Assembly (NCBI GenBank): GCA_043823435.1
Contig: JBDRAV010000014.1
Location: forward strand, 10,765 to 74,764
Source: Candidatus Omnitrophota bacterium
Lineage (GTDB): Bacteria > Omnitrophota > Gorgyraeia > Gygaellales > Profunditerraquicolaceae
DNA length: 64,000 bases
Direction of reading: 5' to 3'
Shown: in pieces, positions 25,243 to 36,158 of the stretch
Layout: every line of letters starts with the position of its first letter
Position numbering within the stretch: the stretch's first letter is position 1
Notes under the pieces: generated by a model
What the model was told of the DNA's origin: nothing
The model's input: only the letters and a program-made list of their open reading frames with translations
Database searches by the model: none
Made by a program: the position numbers and the translations under genes

Positions 25243-26738
25243 TTGTTTTTCAATAGTCGTTCTTTTACCATATTAAACACGAGTTTATCCTCCGGACGGC
25301 AACCCAGGGTGATAAAATAGAGTGCAATGAATATGACAGATTTTACCGCGGCATTTACCGCGGGGATACCGGCAATAAGATAAACGGCGGCGCCCGAGGC
25401 CGCCAATGCTAATAAAGGACGTAACAGATCCAGGCTATAAGGGTGTATCCGATAAAGGCGGTGGACCTGTAATATCGTAAGCAGCGATAATAAAAGGAAA
25501 CACGCCAGGCTTATGGAGGCCGCTGCAAACATTCCGTATGCCGGCACAAAGATCAGGTTAAGGATGATGTTTAGGGCGGCGAAAAAGAGTATATTGAACG
25601 AAAAGAGACGCACCTTCCCGGTCATAGTCAGTAAGGATACGTTGAAAGCCCCTGTGAAGGAAGTCAGGAGAAAGATGCAGCTAAGGATTATCAGTATGCT
25701 GCTCCCATCCTTAAATTCCGGCCCGAAGACACCCATTATCGCTCTTGCGTTAAAAGCGATAAGCGCGAATAGCGGCAGGATTATCGAAAAGAGCCACCGC
25801 GAAACCGTCTTTAAAAGCTTCTCTATCTCGTCATTCTTCCCTTGGTCATAAAGATGGGAAACGACCGGACCGAAGATCAGGGCGATAGGGGTAAAGAAGA
25901 GCTCGAATACCGCCGATACGCGTACGGCGACACCATATATCCCCACTTCATGGTAATTGCGGAAGATGCTTAAGGCTACCGTATCGCTCCAACGCATCAT
26001 AAGGTTGGCGATCAATATTACCCATATCCAGAATGACTGGTGCATAAAACCCTTACGGTCATACCCCCAATCGGCCTCTCCTGAGAATATCCCGAATCCC
26101 CTTTTCAGGAAGAATAGCGCGGCGAAATCAGCTAATATTACCGCCATAACGAATGACCAGATTGCCGCCGAGAGCTGACATCCCATCCTAAGTAGAAAAA
26201 GAAAGATGATAAGGTTAAGGAGGGGCCGTATCAGGCTCTGGGTATAGACTTGATACTGGATCTTCTTATACCCCTGGAAGAGGGATATTATAACGGAGAA
26301 GACTATCAAGAACGGTATCGCGCCGTAGAATACGCGTATCTCTTTCAGTACCGGAAGGCGCGAAAGGAACCCAATCTTATCAAGCGTAAAAAATAAGATC
26401 GCAAGGCCGATGCCTACCGATACTGCGAATTTCAATCCGTTGTAGAAGATCGCCTTGGCTTTATTCGTTTCATTCCTTCCCAGGTATTGCGATACATAAC
26501 GGATGATCCCTCCGTCTACTCCGAAACACCCCAGGGTCGCGATGAATGTAACTACCGTCAACCCGAGGAAATATCTGCCTAATATCTCCGCTCCCAGGGT
26601 ATGGCCAAGCAGGATATTATATCCATACTTGATAATGGTCTCAATGAAGAGGCCACATAAGAGGAATATCGCCTGCCGGGATACAAGGAGCGTCTGTTCC
26701 CGCAAGAAACTATTTTCGTTATCTACGATATCGTTCAT
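25239..26738 (-). CDS. MOP-superfamily oligosaccharide flippase (Wzx-like) #1
   Basis: About 12-14 TM helices in a polysaccharide-biosynthesis-protein layout. Start placed at MNDIVDN (26738) because AGGAG lies 10 nt upstream, overlapping the AsnB-like stop. The listed ATG at 26783 lies inside the upstream gene. Confidence 0.75.
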   Translation of the reverse strand: MNDIVDNENSFLREQTLLVSRQAIFLLCGLFIETIIKYGYNILLGHTLGAEILGRYFLGLTVVTFIATLGCFGVDGGIIRYVSQYLGRNETNKAKAIFYNGLKFAVSVGIGLAILFFTLDKIGFLSRLPVLKEIRVFYGAIPFLIVFSVIISLFQGYKKIQYQVYTQSLIRPLLNLIIFLFLLRMGCQLSAAIWSFVMAVILADFAALFFLKRGFGIFSGEADWGYDRKGFMHQSFWIWVILIANLMMRWSDTVALSIFRNYHEVGIYGVAVRVSAVFELFFTPIALIFGPVVSHLYDQGKNDEIEKLLKTVSRWLFSIILPLFALIAFNARAIMGVFGPEFKDGSSILIILSCIFLLTSFTGAFNVSLLTMTGKVRLFSFNILFFAALNIILNLIFVPAYGMFAAASISLACFLLLSLLTILQVHRLYRIHPYSLDLLRPLLALAASGAAVYLIAGIPAVNAAVKSVIFIALYFITLGCRPEDKLVFNMVKERLLKNK

Positions 26739-26751
26739 TATTCGGGCACTC

Positions 26752-28632
26752 CTAATCCATGAATTTACGGTGCCATAGCTCAAACATCAACAGGGACCAG
26801 AGCCTGTAAGAATGTTCCTGCTTTGAATCAATATGGTTCTTTATCATATCCTCCACAAAGGCCTGGTTAAAATACCCTCTTCTGCACGACTCAGGGGAAA
26901 GTAGTATATCGCACACGAATTCGCGTAGCCCCCCCCTTAACCATCCGGATACGGGGACGCCGAACCCCATCTTCCTGCGGTTTATATTCTCAGGAGGCAA
27001 TATCCCTTTAAGGGCTTTTTTGAGGATATATTTAAGCGTTGAGCCTTTTATCTTGTATTCCGCAGGCAGGCGCGCAACGAACTCCGCGAGCTTATAATCC
27101 AAGAATGGTGAACGCAGCTCCAGCGAATTAGCCATACTGGCGATATCGGCTTTTACCAAAAGGTCGTTCGGAAGATATGCCGATATATCCATGCTGAGCA
27201 GCGTATCCAGCGTAAGCCCGTATGGCCCGGGCTGGATGCCGCGGCCCCGGCCTAAAGCGCCTTCCTCTTTCATCCTCTCGGAGAATAATGCACTTTTCTG
27301 AACATCTGTAAATATACTCATCCAGTTAAGGTAGCGCTCTATAAAAGGAAGCTCTATCCCGGATACGAACTTCTTAAGGCGCTTCAAAGGATTTTTCGGC
27401 TCTTCTTCGGCCGGAAGCATATTAGTCAGAAAACCGAGCGACTTTCTGGCCAAAGCAGGGATACTTTTTAATTTCTCGGCGAGGAGCATAGCCGCGTATC
27501 TTTCATAGCCACCGAACGATTCATCCCCCCCGTCTCCGTTCAGGGCAACCGTCACGTACTGCCTGCTTAGCCTGGAAACATAATATGTAGGTATGCACGA
27601 AGAGTCGGCGTAAGGCTCACCGTAATGCTCCGCTAACTTCGGGAGTAATTCAACCTCGTCAGGTTTCACGGTAAACTCGGTATGCTCTGTCCGGTAGCGC
27701 GCGGCAACTATTCTTGCGTGCGATAATTCGTTATAAACGGATTCTTCAAACCCGATGCTGAAGGTCTTTACTTTGCCAGTGTTAAGTTCCGACATTAGGG
27801 CAACGATGGCACTTGAGTCTATCCCGCCGCTCAGGAAAGCGCCGAGCGGCACGTCGCTGTACAAACGCTTACGCACCGCATCTTTCAATAACCTTAACAC
27901 CTCCTCTTTCGCCTCTTCTTCCGTAATACGGTTCTTCGGTGCATAATCAAGGCACCAGTATGGTTCATGCTTCAGGTTCCCGCCCTTAAGCACGCAAAGA
28001 TGCGCAGGCATGACTTTAAAAACATGCTTATATATGGTAAGGGGCGCTGAGATATAACCAAAAGTAAAATATTCCCTTAAAGCCCCGTAATCTATCTCTT
28101 TCTTAATAAAACCACATTCCAATAGCGCGCTGAATTCGGACGCAAAACAGAACCTTCCTCCCTGATGATAATAGAGGAGCGGCTTCTTACCGAAACGGTC
28201 CCGCGCAAGGAGTAGCATCTTCTTCCTTTCGTCCCATATGGCAAAGGCGAACATCCCGTCCAGCTCTTTCACGCAATCAATGCCGTGATCTTCGTAAAGA
28301 TGCAGGATGGTTTCCGTATCGGTATTCGACTTGAACCTGTGGCCTTTTTCTTCAAGCCCTATCCGCAACTCCTTATAGTTATATATCTCTCCGTTGAGGA
28401 TCACCTGTATCGTGCCATCCTCATTTGACATAGGTTGATGTCCGGCGTCCGACAGGTCTATGATACTCAGGCGCCTGTGCCCTAAACCGGCATATGGCGC
28501 CGCGGAGTCACTTAAATATATGCCTTCATCGTCAGGACCCCTGTGTTTTAAACGGGAGCACATCCGCCGCAAGGCCTCATCGCCTATCTTCCCTTGTGAA
28601 TTATAATCGATTATTCCGCAGATTCCGCACAT
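26752..28632 (-). CDS. asparagine synthase (glutamine-hydrolysing) family amidotransferase
   Basis: N-terminal nucleophile MCGICGI, a GATase-II domain and the PP-loop LSGGIDSSAIVALM. 626 aa. Confidence 0.9.
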   Translation of the reverse strand: MCGICGIIDYNSQGKIGDEALRRMCSRLKHRGPDDEGIYLSDSAAPYAGLGHRRLSIIDLSDAGHQPMSNEDGTIQVILNGEIYNYKELRIGLEEKGHRFKSNTDTETILHLYEDHGIDCVKELDGMFAFAIWDERKKMLLLARDRFGKKPLLYYHQGGRFCFASEFSALLECGFIKKEIDYGALREYFTFGYISAPLTIYKHVFKVMPAHLCVLKGGNLKHEPYWCLDYAPKNRITEEEAKEEVLRLLKDAVRKRLYSDVPLGAFLSGGIDSSAIVALMSELNTGKVKTFSIGFEESVYNELSHARIVAARYRTEHTEFTVKPDEVELLPKLAEHYGEPYADSSCIPTYYVSRLSRQYVTVALNGDGGDESFGGYERYAAMLLAEKLKSIPALARKSLGFLTNMLPAEEEPKNPLKRLKKFVSGIELPFIERYLNWMSIFTDVQKSALFSERMKEEGALGRGRGIQPGPYGLTLDTLLSMDISAYLPNDLLVKADIASMANSLELRSPFLDYKLAEFVARLPAEYKIKGSTLKYILKKALKGILPPENINRRKMGFGVPVSGWLRGGLREFVCDILLSPESCRRGYFNQAFVEDMIKNHIDSKQEHSYRLWSLLMFELWHRKFMD

Positions 28633-28635
28633 ATC

Positions 28636-30216
28636 TTATTTATTCGCAGGGACTATTCTTTCTTTAAGGGCTCTATATTTCATCCCGCAACCTGAACATT
28701 TAGCGGCCTTGCTCCTGAATAAAAGTTTCATCCCGCATTTACATACCCACCCTTTTATTCTGGCAGGGCTGCCGTATACCAAGGCATATGCCGGGACATC
28801 CTTCGTAACAACCGCACCCGCACCTACAAAAGCGTATTCACCTATGGTATTCCCGCAGATTATCGTGGAATTAGCTCCGAGCGTCGCCCCTCTCTTGATA
28901 ATGGTCGCCTTATACTCCTTCTTCCTCTCCACGAAACTCCTCGGGTTGAATACGTTGGTAAAGACCATTGAAGGGCCGCAGAAGACGTCATCCTCTATAT
29001 GAACGCAGTCATATATGGAAATATTATTCTGTATCTTTACGTTATTCCCTATGCGGGCTTTTGAGCCGATAAAAACATTCTGCCCTATATTGCATCCGCG
29101 TCCCACCACTGCGCCTTTCATGATATGGGAGTAGTGCCATACCTTTGTACCCTCGCCTATCTGTGAAAGCTCTTCAACTATGCTCGTCGGGTGGACAAAA
29201 CACCTCTTCTTCCTTCCCGAAGCGAATACTGAACTTTCCAGGCTGATAAGTGCTCCATTATTCTCTAATGATTCCTGGCACGCCTCAAGGACCGAAAGTA
29301 CGCGCAGGGCGCTTTTGGCGTCGGTCATCGGCTTCCTGCGGTTCTTCAGGCATTCAATAAAATGACTACATTCAAGTAGCAACGGCTCCTCCATCTTGAA
29401 CTCTATATTCTCCGCATCCTCTTTGCGCGGGACAGGAACCCTACCTATCCAGTTGATCTTATGGCTGAAGAGCCTGAGTTTATACTTCTCTGCCACATCG
29501 TCAAATACCGCCATCTTCTTATCCCCCACCACCACCAGCTTCTGCTCCTTATACGGATGGAGCCAGCTTACGAATATATGCCCCTTTACCCCGCTTGAGA
29601 AGTTCATGCTGCTTAAGGTCACATCCGCTATATCACGGTGGAGATAGTTCCCTCCAAAAGAGGAAACGCTCTCTGGCATCTCATTAAGGAGGAGGAGTAT
29701 CGCGGATATATCGTGGGGGGCGAAACTCCATAATATATTCTCTTCCCTGCGGATCTTCCCGAGGTTAAGCCGGTTGGAATATATGTACTGTATGCGGCCT
29801 AATTCTCCCGCCTCCATGAATTCCTTCAGTTTCTTTATCGCCGGGTGATATTCGAGCACATGGCCGACCATAATTATCGCCTTCTTCTTCTCCGCCAATT
29901 CTTCCAACTCAACGGCATCATTCACCGTAAGCGATAGCGGCTTCTCCACAAAAACATCCTTCCCCGCCAAGAGAAGTTCCTTAGTGAGCCGGTAGTGCGA
30001 TTCTGCCGGCGTTGCCACGACCGCAGCCTTTATATCCTTGTTTTTCAGGATATCCGTATATGAGGCGGTAACATTGACCTCGGGATAATCTTTCTTCACC
30101 GCCTCCAGCCTCTCAGGGGCGGTATCGCATACCGTATGCAGAACACCCGACTGAGAGAAGACCCTCACTAAATTCTTGCCCCAATAACCGGAGCCTATTA
30201 CGGCGACCTTTATCAT
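28636..30216 (-). CDS. fusion: Gfo/Idh/MocA sugar-nucleotide dehydrogenase (WbpB-like) + hexapeptide N-acetyltransferase (WbpD-like) + C-terminal Cys4 ribbon
   Basis: N-terminal half has [14 protein letters not shown] and VFVEKPL. C-terminal half has left-handed beta-helix repeats ([27 protein letters not shown]...). It ends in GWVCKCG..(13)..CSGCG. Confidence 0.8.
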   Translation of the reverse strand: MIKVAVIGSGYWGKNLVRVFSQSGVLHTVCDTAPERLEAVKKDYPEVNVTASYTDILKNKDIKAAVVATPAESHYRLTKELLLAGKDVFVEKPLSLTVNDAVELEELAEKKKAIIMVGHVLEYHPAIKKLKEFMEAGELGRIQYIYSNRLNLGKIRREENILWSFAPHDISAILLLLNEMPESVSSFGGNYLHRDIADVTLSSMNFSSGVKGHIFVSWLHPYKEQKLVVVGDKKMAVFDDVAEKYKLRLFSHKINWIGRVPVPRKEDAENIEFKMEEPLLLECSHFIECLKNRRKPMTDAKSALRVLSVLEACQESLENNGALISLESSVFASGRKKRCFVHPTSIVEELSQIGEGTKVWHYSHIMKGAVVGRGCNIGQNVFIGSKARIGNNVKIQNNISIYDCVHIEDDVFCGPSMVFTNVFNPRSFVERKKEYKATIIKRGATLGANSTIICGNTIGEYAFVGAGAVVTKDVPAYALVYGSPARIKGWVCKCGMKLLFRSKAAKCSGCGMKYRALKERIVPANK

Positions 30217-31301
30217 AAATTCCTCCTCTTACCATAAACTTGCGTCACTATATCTATGAATTTCGGCGCATTAGCGCTGACCGAGAACTTCTCCTCTACC
30301 GTCCTCCTGCCCGCCAGGCCGATATCGCGGCGCAGTTGGGCGTTTTCTATCAAAATAGAAAGCTTATCTATCCACTCCTTTTCGTTAGAAGCGAAGAACC
30401 CGTTCTTACCTTCCTCGATAATATCTATATTCCCCCCTACTTTAGATACGATGGGAGGTACCCCTACGGACATATACTGTATCGTCTTAAAGGGGGTTTT
30501 TGCCACCGCGCGCTCGTCGTTCGGAAGCGGGTAAACGCCGATATCCAGGGACTGAAAGTCTTTCACGTCCGTCTCAAGGGACCATCTTTTATTTACGACA
30601 TTGACGCCCGGAACAGCGAAATCCTCCCCTCCCCCTATCACCCTTAATTCAAAATCATACCTCTTTGCCAGCTCCGTGAAAACGCCTACCAATGACTTTA
30701 AACAATAAAGCGTAGTGTGGCTGCCTATCCATCCGATAACCGGACGCTTCGCTTGGACAGCGTAATCCTTCGCCTTGAATTTCTCGGTGTCAATAGAAGT
30801 AGGTATCACAGTAACGTTATTATTGAACTCACTTACCATATCTTTCATATAACGGTTGCAGACGATCACATGACTACTTAATCCCAGTATCTGGTAGAAT
30901 TTTCTTTGATAGCGCAGCAGGTTTATGAGTCTGCTTTGGCCTTTGAAATTATCGAGGTAGACCGCATCCTCAAAATCGTAAACGATCGGTTTCTTGAGGA
31001 GAGAAAACGCCAGCTCCATTATCGCCGGCCCGAATGGGAATGATTCTATATGTATGAATATCAGGTCGTATTTTGAAGCACTCAGCAGGTCGACCATACG
31101 GTTGCAGGTAGCGGATAGGAAGAACCTTATCTTTCTTAAGGTATTCCCTTTCTTATATATTATCCTGAAGAATTCGGAAGAGACAAAAGGGCGCACGGTA
31201 TATTCTATCCCCTTCTCTTTAAGGTAAGGGAGGAATTGCTCTACCCTATAGCGGTTGCTCGGCCCTTCTGTCGGATAAGGTATTATGAATAGTGCCTTCA
31301 T
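30213..31301 (-). CDS. glycosyltransferase, GT-B fold
   Basis: [32 protein letters not shown] and C-terminal [28 protein letters not shown]. Paralogue of 55495..56619. Confidence 0.75.
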   Translation of the reverse strand: MKALFIIPYPTEGPSNRYRVEQFLPYLKEKGIEYTVRPFVSSEFFRIIYKKGNTLRKIRFFLSATCNRMVDLLSASKYDLIFIHIESFPFGPAIMELAFSLLKKPIVYDFEDAVYLDNFKGQSRLINLLRYQRKFYQILGLSSHVIVCNRYMKDMVSEFNNNVTVIPTSIDTEKFKAKDYAVQAKRPVIGWIGSHTTLYCLKSLVGVFTELAKRYDFELRVIGGGEDFAVPGVNVVNKRWSLETDVKDFQSLDIGVYPLPNDERAVAKTPFKTIQYMSVGVPPIVSKVGGNIDIIEEGKNGFFASNEKEWIDKLSILIENAQLRRDIGLAGRRTVEEKFSVSANAPKFIDIVTQVYGKRRNL

Positions 31302-32611
31302 CTGCTCATCTTCCCTGCTTCCATAGCTGCCTGCCTGCCGCTGAGTATCGCCTCATCCATCCAGAGGTACTTCCATTCCCCGTAACGGCCGGCAGTATAA
31401 ATATCATTTTCGCGCAGGAACTTCCGTATCTCCTCTGCGTTAGAACGGCGCTTATGGTCATATATAACGTAGGCGTACTTGATATCATCGGTACCCACGG
31501 ACTTTATCTTCTCCGCCCCTTTGAGTATCCCGGCGGCAATAAGACCTTTGATGACCTTATCCACGATAGAGCCGCGAGCAAGCGGTCTCTCGCGAGAATA
31601 GGATATCTCCGCCTGTATCGAACTCCAACCTTTGGGAACGGTCAAGGAGGAGAAATTCCTGGGAAAGCTGATGCGAAACGGCGCGAACTTCTCTTCCGGG
31701 AAATATATCCAGTGCGTCGCGTTCAAGCGTTCATCCTTGACCGCCAGGTTTATGCATAAAACCGAATTATGCCTGAGTTCTCCCGCCGCTCTACTGACCC
31801 GCGCGGGGACATTATCAACGATCTTTACTATCTCGGGAAGAGGCATAGTTGAGATCAGTTTCCTGTAATATACCCTGCTTCCGTCTGAAAATAATACCGA
31901 TTTATTAACCGTATCTATCTTTACCGCTTCTTTGCGGAAGACGATATCCTTTTTCTGGCCCAACAGCGCTTCCGGTATACTCTGTATACCGCCGCGGCGC
32001 GGATAACGGAATAATGTATTGGGCCCGAACTCCTCTTTCTGTAAAGAGAATGCCCCGACGATCACCTGTTCCGTTTTCGGCCGGGGGACCCGTACATCCA
32101 GCCAGTCGGTCGTCAGCTCCTTGGCTCCGACCGTCCAGAACTTCTCGCTGTAAGGAAGATAAAAATTATCCGCTATCCCTTTACCAAAAGCCCCATATAT
32201 CCACTCTTCGTAATTGCCATACCTCTTGCGCGGCTTATCAAAGGTATCGATGAACCCTGCCAGGCATTCAAAGATTATCCTGCTCGGCAGGCCGAACGTA
32301 TTCGCCTGGAAGGGGTATTTTGTCAGCGCACCGTGCGAATATATCCAAGCCGACCTCTTCTTGCGGGTGAAACCGAGCCCTTTCTTTGCCGATAAGAGCC
32401 TCAGGACATATTTATTCCTGGTATGCAAAACGTGTATCCCCTGGTCAAAGGCATACCCTGCCTTACGCTGCGAACGGCAGGTCCCGCCGACCTCGCGTTC
32501 CTTTTCGTATATTACGCCGCCGCATTGCGCTGCGCTCAATCCGGCCAATCCCGCCCCTAAGATTACGATATCTTCCTTTACGAGATGCTCATTCTTCATT
32601 ATTGAATTCAT
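31298..32611 (-). CDS. FAD-dependent flavoprotein, UDP-galactopyranose-mutase/amine-oxidase-like
   Basis: Dinucleotide fold DIVILGAGLAGLSAA, FRYPRRGGIQSIPEAL, and C-terminal GRYGEWKYLWMDEAILSG (Glf-like GR.g.yKY..MD). Confidence 0.65.
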   Translation of the reverse strand: MNSIMKNEHLVKEDIVILGAGLAGLSAAQCGGVIYEKEREVGGTCRSQRKAGYAFDQGIHVLHTRNKYVLRLLSAKKGLGFTRKKRSAWIYSHGALTKYPFQANTFGLPSRIIFECLAGFIDTFDKPRKRYGNYEEWIYGAFGKGIADNFYLPYSEKFWTVGAKELTTDWLDVRVPRPKTEQVIVGAFSLQKEEFGPNTLFRYPRRGGIQSIPEALLGQKKDIVFRKEAVKIDTVNKSVLFSDGSRVYYRKLISTMPLPEIVKIVDNVPARVSRAAGELRHNSVLCINLAVKDERLNATHWIYFPEEKFAPFRISFPRNFSSLTVPKGWSSIQAEISYSRERPLARGSIVDKVIKGLIAAGILKGAEKIKSVGTDDIKYAYVIYDHKRRSNAEEIRKFLRENDIYTAGRYGEWKYLWMDEAILSGRQAAMEAGKMSR

Positions 32612-33470
32612 CCAAGTATTCTTTTAAGGCCTCTTCCCACGGCCGCATCCTTATCCCAAGCAGCTTTAACTTGTAATTATCCACTACTTCCGAGCGCGGG
32701 CGCGGAGCCGGAAGAAGGAACTCTGCCGAGGATATCGGCTTGATGGTCACGTTATCCTTCTTTAAGTGCTCGACTATCTTACAGGCGATATCATAACGCG
32801 ATGCCCGTCCTTCATTGGTAATGTGATATAATCCGTAGCGCGATAACCCCACCACCTTAAGGAGGCCTTGTGAGAAATCCTTAGTATAAGTGGGGCAACC
32901 GAACTTATCGTTGACTACCGTCAAAGTATTCTTTGTTTTAAGGAGTCTCAGTATCTTGGCGACGAACTTCTTGTCTTTCTTGCCTCCCCCTATCATCCAT
33001 CCTGCCCTGAATATGAAATACCTGTTGAGCAGCCCGCGTACCGTCTTCTCCCCTTCGTATTTTGACTTCGTATAAATACTAATAGGGGCGGGCTCGTCGA
33101 ATTCGTTATAGGGCCCTTCTTTCATCCCGTCAAATACCCCGCAGGTGCTTATATAAGCCATGGTGATCCCGCGCCCCTGACAGGCGAGGGCGATATTCTC
33201 GGTACCCAGAGTATTCACTTTATAGGCGTAGTCTTTTTCTCTCTCGCATTTATCCACGTCGGTCTCAGCACCCGCATGGAATATTATACCCGGATTGATA
33301 TCCTTTATACAATCCGTCACGGCCTTCATATCCGTAATATCCAAAGGCCTCATATCCACCCCGCCCGGGATGACATCTGTCGGGAAGACCTCATAACCAT
33401 TATTCTTCAGTTCCCCGCAAAGCATTACCCCCAACATCCCTCCTGCCCCCGTGACCAAAGCTTTCATCAA
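32589..33470 (-). CDS. RmlD-like NAD(P)H-dependent sugar-nucleotide 4-reductase (SDR)
   Basis: MKALVTGAGGMLG and YTKSKYEGE (YxxxK). Length and layout match dTDP-4-dehydrorhamnose reductase family members. Confidence 0.75.
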   Translation of the reverse strand: MMKALVTGAGGMLGVMLCGELKNNGYEVFPTDVIPGGVDMRPLDITDMKAVTDCIKDINPGIIFHAGAETDVDKCEREKDYAYKVNTLGTENIALACQGRGITMAYISTCGVFDGMKEGPYNEFDEPAPISIYTKSKYEGEKTVRGLLNRYFIFRAGWMIGGGKKDKKFVAKILRLLKTKNTLTVVNDKFGCPTYTKDFSQGLLKVVGLSRYGLYHITNEGRASRYDIACKIVEHLKKDNVTIKPISSAEFLLPAPRPRSEVVDNYKLKLLGIRMRPWEEALKEYLDEFNNEE

Positions 33471-33480
33471 GACCTCCTCT

Positions 33481-34701
33481 TCATGATAATTCGCGGTAAA
33501 TCTGACGGTATTCGTTTATACCGTCGCTTAAGGAAAAATATTTTCGCGCCGTTTCTACGCAGCGTTCGCGCAAAACATCCTCTTCTTTTAACAGGCGCAC
33601 CAGCTCCTGCGTGCAGTTATCGTATGCTCCTTGCGTAAAATCGTCCACCACCACGCCCGATCTCTCGTCCTCCAGCATCCTGTCGCTGTCGCCTATACCT
33701 CTGTTTATGACCACAGGTATCCCGCTCGCCAGGAACTCCGCCAGTTTTGTGGGTGATGAGGCGTATTTAGAAACGACCGGCTTGATAAAACATATGGCGC
33801 AGTCAGCGCACTGCAGGAACCTGGGGACCTGAGAGAAATCAGCCCTTTCAAGCGTAAAATCCTCCTGAGGCGCTCCTTTCTGCGAGATAACCTTTCTTGC
33901 TATATCGTGGTCGCTCATCGTCAGAATAATGAAATGGGCGTTGGGAATAAGTTTTTTCGCGGAATTAAAGAAATCTATCATCTCATTCAGAAGATACCAT
34001 GTGCCGAGAGAACCGGAATATATAAAAACGAACTTACCCGCGAATCCCAGCGCGGATTTCGCCTCCTCTTTACCCTCATAACTGAAACGCGACGCGTCAA
34101 CGCAACAGGGTATGATCCGTATCTTGTCCCGCAGTCCCAATGAGGGGCGGTTATCGACAAGCCACTCTTTCATCTTGTTAGTCAGGACCACGACGCGGTC
34201 GGAAGATACGAGAAGCTTATTATCCGCCCAGATCATCGCCCTGTATAAAAAAGACTCCCGACTCTTCCACATCCCGCCCTCAACGTAATCTTCGGCCATA
34301 AAACCCCTGCGGTCATAGATCATCTTCTTCCCGAACAGGCGGCTGACAATGCAACCAATCACCGAGGCGACCTCAGAACGGCAGTGCACAACGGCTATAT
34401 CCTCTTTAAGGATATAAAAAACGGCGACAACTATCCCGCAGATTATATTAAAGGCCTTTGCCGGCAGGTACGGCCAGCGGTAATAATCTAAAGAGAGCCA
34501 TGTAATCCCGTCTTTAAGCAGTTCAAGACGCAACTCCTCCCTGCGGTTCTCCCGACGGAAAAGGTGCGGCTTATCAAAGGATAACCAGTGGAAGATATAT
34601 CCGTCCCTGGATAATTCCCTGAGGTACGGTATCACCTGCGATTGCGGGATCGGCTCAAGCGCGCTGTCGTACGAAATATATAATACCTTTACAGAATTCA
34701 T
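33481..34701 (-). CDS. glycosyltransferase, GT-B fold (GT4-like)
   Basis: VKVLYISYDSALEPIPQSQVIPYL and C-terminal SPTKLAEFLASGIPVVINRGIGD. Confidence 0.75.
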   Translation of the reverse strand: MNSVKVLYISYDSALEPIPQSQVIPYLRELSRDGYIFHWLSFDKPHLFRRENRREELRLELLKDGITWLSLDYYRWPYLPAKAFNIICGIVVAVFYILKEDIAVVHCRSEVASVIGCIVSRLFGKKMIYDRRGFMAEDYVEGGMWKSRESFLYRAMIWADNKLLVSSDRVVVLTNKMKEWLVDNRPSLGLRDKIRIIPCCVDASRFSYEGKEEAKSALGFAGKFVFIYSGSLGTWYLLNEMIDFFNSAKKLIPNAHFIILTMSDHDIARKVISQKGAPQEDFTLERADFSQVPRFLQCADCAICFIKPVVSKYASSPTKLAEFLASGIPVVINRGIGDSDRMLEDERSGVVVDDFTQGAYDNCTQELVRLLKEEDVLRERCVETARKYFSLSDGINEYRQIYRELS

Positions 34702-36158
34702 TTATAGAATAACATCCTGACCTTATTGCGTATCTTATCCATTATCCTGCGGTAAAGGAGAGAACGCAGCATCTGGTTCTCTATCTCCTGCACCACCGGC
34801 ATCATATATAGCCACGCCACCAGGTGATTGAACGGGCGTATCTTATGGAACGTCTTAGCTATGGTACGGCGCTTAACGAAGCGCTCGATGGACTTACCTT
34901 TCTTAAGCGCCTTAATGCGTTCTCTCTTATTGAAATAAGGGGTCTCAAATACCGGGTTACAGGACATCTGTACAGAAGAGCCGGCATTCAGGTACACCTC
35001 GGGCTCTACGAGGAAATATCCGTTATCTTTTACCCAGTCGTAGAGTTCGGTTGACGGCAAAGGTATAAGGTTGAAGAAATTCACGTGCGAGATCGGATAA
35101 GAGAGCGCGATATTGACGGAATCCTGAAAATCATCGGGGGTCTCGGTAGGAGACCCGACTATAAAAAAGATACTGACAAAAAATCCCAGCTCACAGGCTT
35201 CCTGCACCGCCTTACTAATCACCTCAATAGTCTCCCCCTTCTTTATGCTCTCGAGCACCTTATTATTGCCCGCTTCAACCCCGAATCCCAGGCGCTTGAA
35301 TCCGACCTCTTTCATGCGCTTCAGTATCTCGCGGTCCACCTTATCCGCCCTTACGCCGTTACCGCACATGATCACCAGGTCCTTCAGACCCCTGCGCTCT
35401 ATTTCATCGCATAATTCAAATATACGGACCCGGTTAAAGGTTGGATTATCCTCCTGCATATCGAATTCGCGGTATCCGCGCTTATACCAATGCTCGATCT
35501 CATCGGCTATATGAACGGCACCCCTAGCCCTGAATTTCCTCCTGGTAACGGAAGCCATGCAATAAATGCAGGCGTAGGGGCATCCACGCGAAGAAACTAT
35601 GCATATCCCGTAACCGTACTTACCAAGCTCAAAACCTTCATATCTTGGGAAAGGCAGCATATCCAGCCCGGCTTCCTGGTTCGGGAGGACCGAATTTACT
35701 ATGATCTTCCCGGAATCCCTGTATATCAAGCTGGGTATCCTTGACAGCTCATCCCCCAAGCAGAGCGATAATGCCGGCACCTCACCCTCCTGCATGATCC
35801 CGTAATCAATGGCGGGGCACTCTTCCAAAGCCTTTGATTTCATCGTGGATATATGCGGACCCCCTACCAGGATAGGTATATCCGGAAAATCGCGCTTTAG
35901 CGAACTGATAAGACTATAGTGCCTGTTATACATGAAGCTCATCATAGATATGCCGATAATGTCGGGCCTCTCCTTGCGGATACGTTTTCTTAATTCGGCC
36001 CCGTTATGACCGAGCGTCATGTCAAAGATGAAATAACGGATGCCATTCTTCTTCAGGAACTCCGCGATATAACCTATACCTACGGGTATGACCGGCATAG
36101 TGAACTTTGTCGATGGGTACGCGAGATTGATCAATAAAACCTTATTGAACCGTGCCAT
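34698..36158 (-). CDS. B12-binding-domain radical SAM protein (class B, methylase-like)
   Basis: N-terminal Rossmann-like cobalamin-binding region (KVLLINLAYP..PDIIGISMMSF) followed by the radical SAM cluster motif SSRGCPYACIYC. Confidence 0.8.
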   Translation of the reverse strand: MARFNKVLLINLAYPSTKFTMPVIPVGIGYIAEFLKKNGIRYFIFDMTLGHNGAELRKRIRKERPDIIGISMMSFMYNRHYSLISSLKRDFPDIPILVGGPHISTMKSKALEECPAIDYGIMQEGEVPALSLCLGDELSRIPSLIYRDSGKIIVNSVLPNQEAGLDMLPFPRYEGFELGKYGYGICIVSSRGCPYACIYCMASVTRRKFRARGAVHIADEIEHWYKRGYREFDMQEDNPTFNRVRIFELCDEIERRGLKDLVIMCGNGVRADKVDREILKRMKEVGFKRLGFGVEAGNNKVLESIKKGETIEVISKAVQEACELGFFVSIFFIVGSPTETPDDFQDSVNIALSYPISHVNFFNLIPLPSTELYDWVKDNGYFLVEPEVYLNAGSSVQMSCNPVFETPYFNKRERIKALKKGKSIERFVKRRTIAKTFHKIRPFNHLVAWLYMMPVVQEIENQMLRSLLYRRIMDKIRNKVRMLFYK

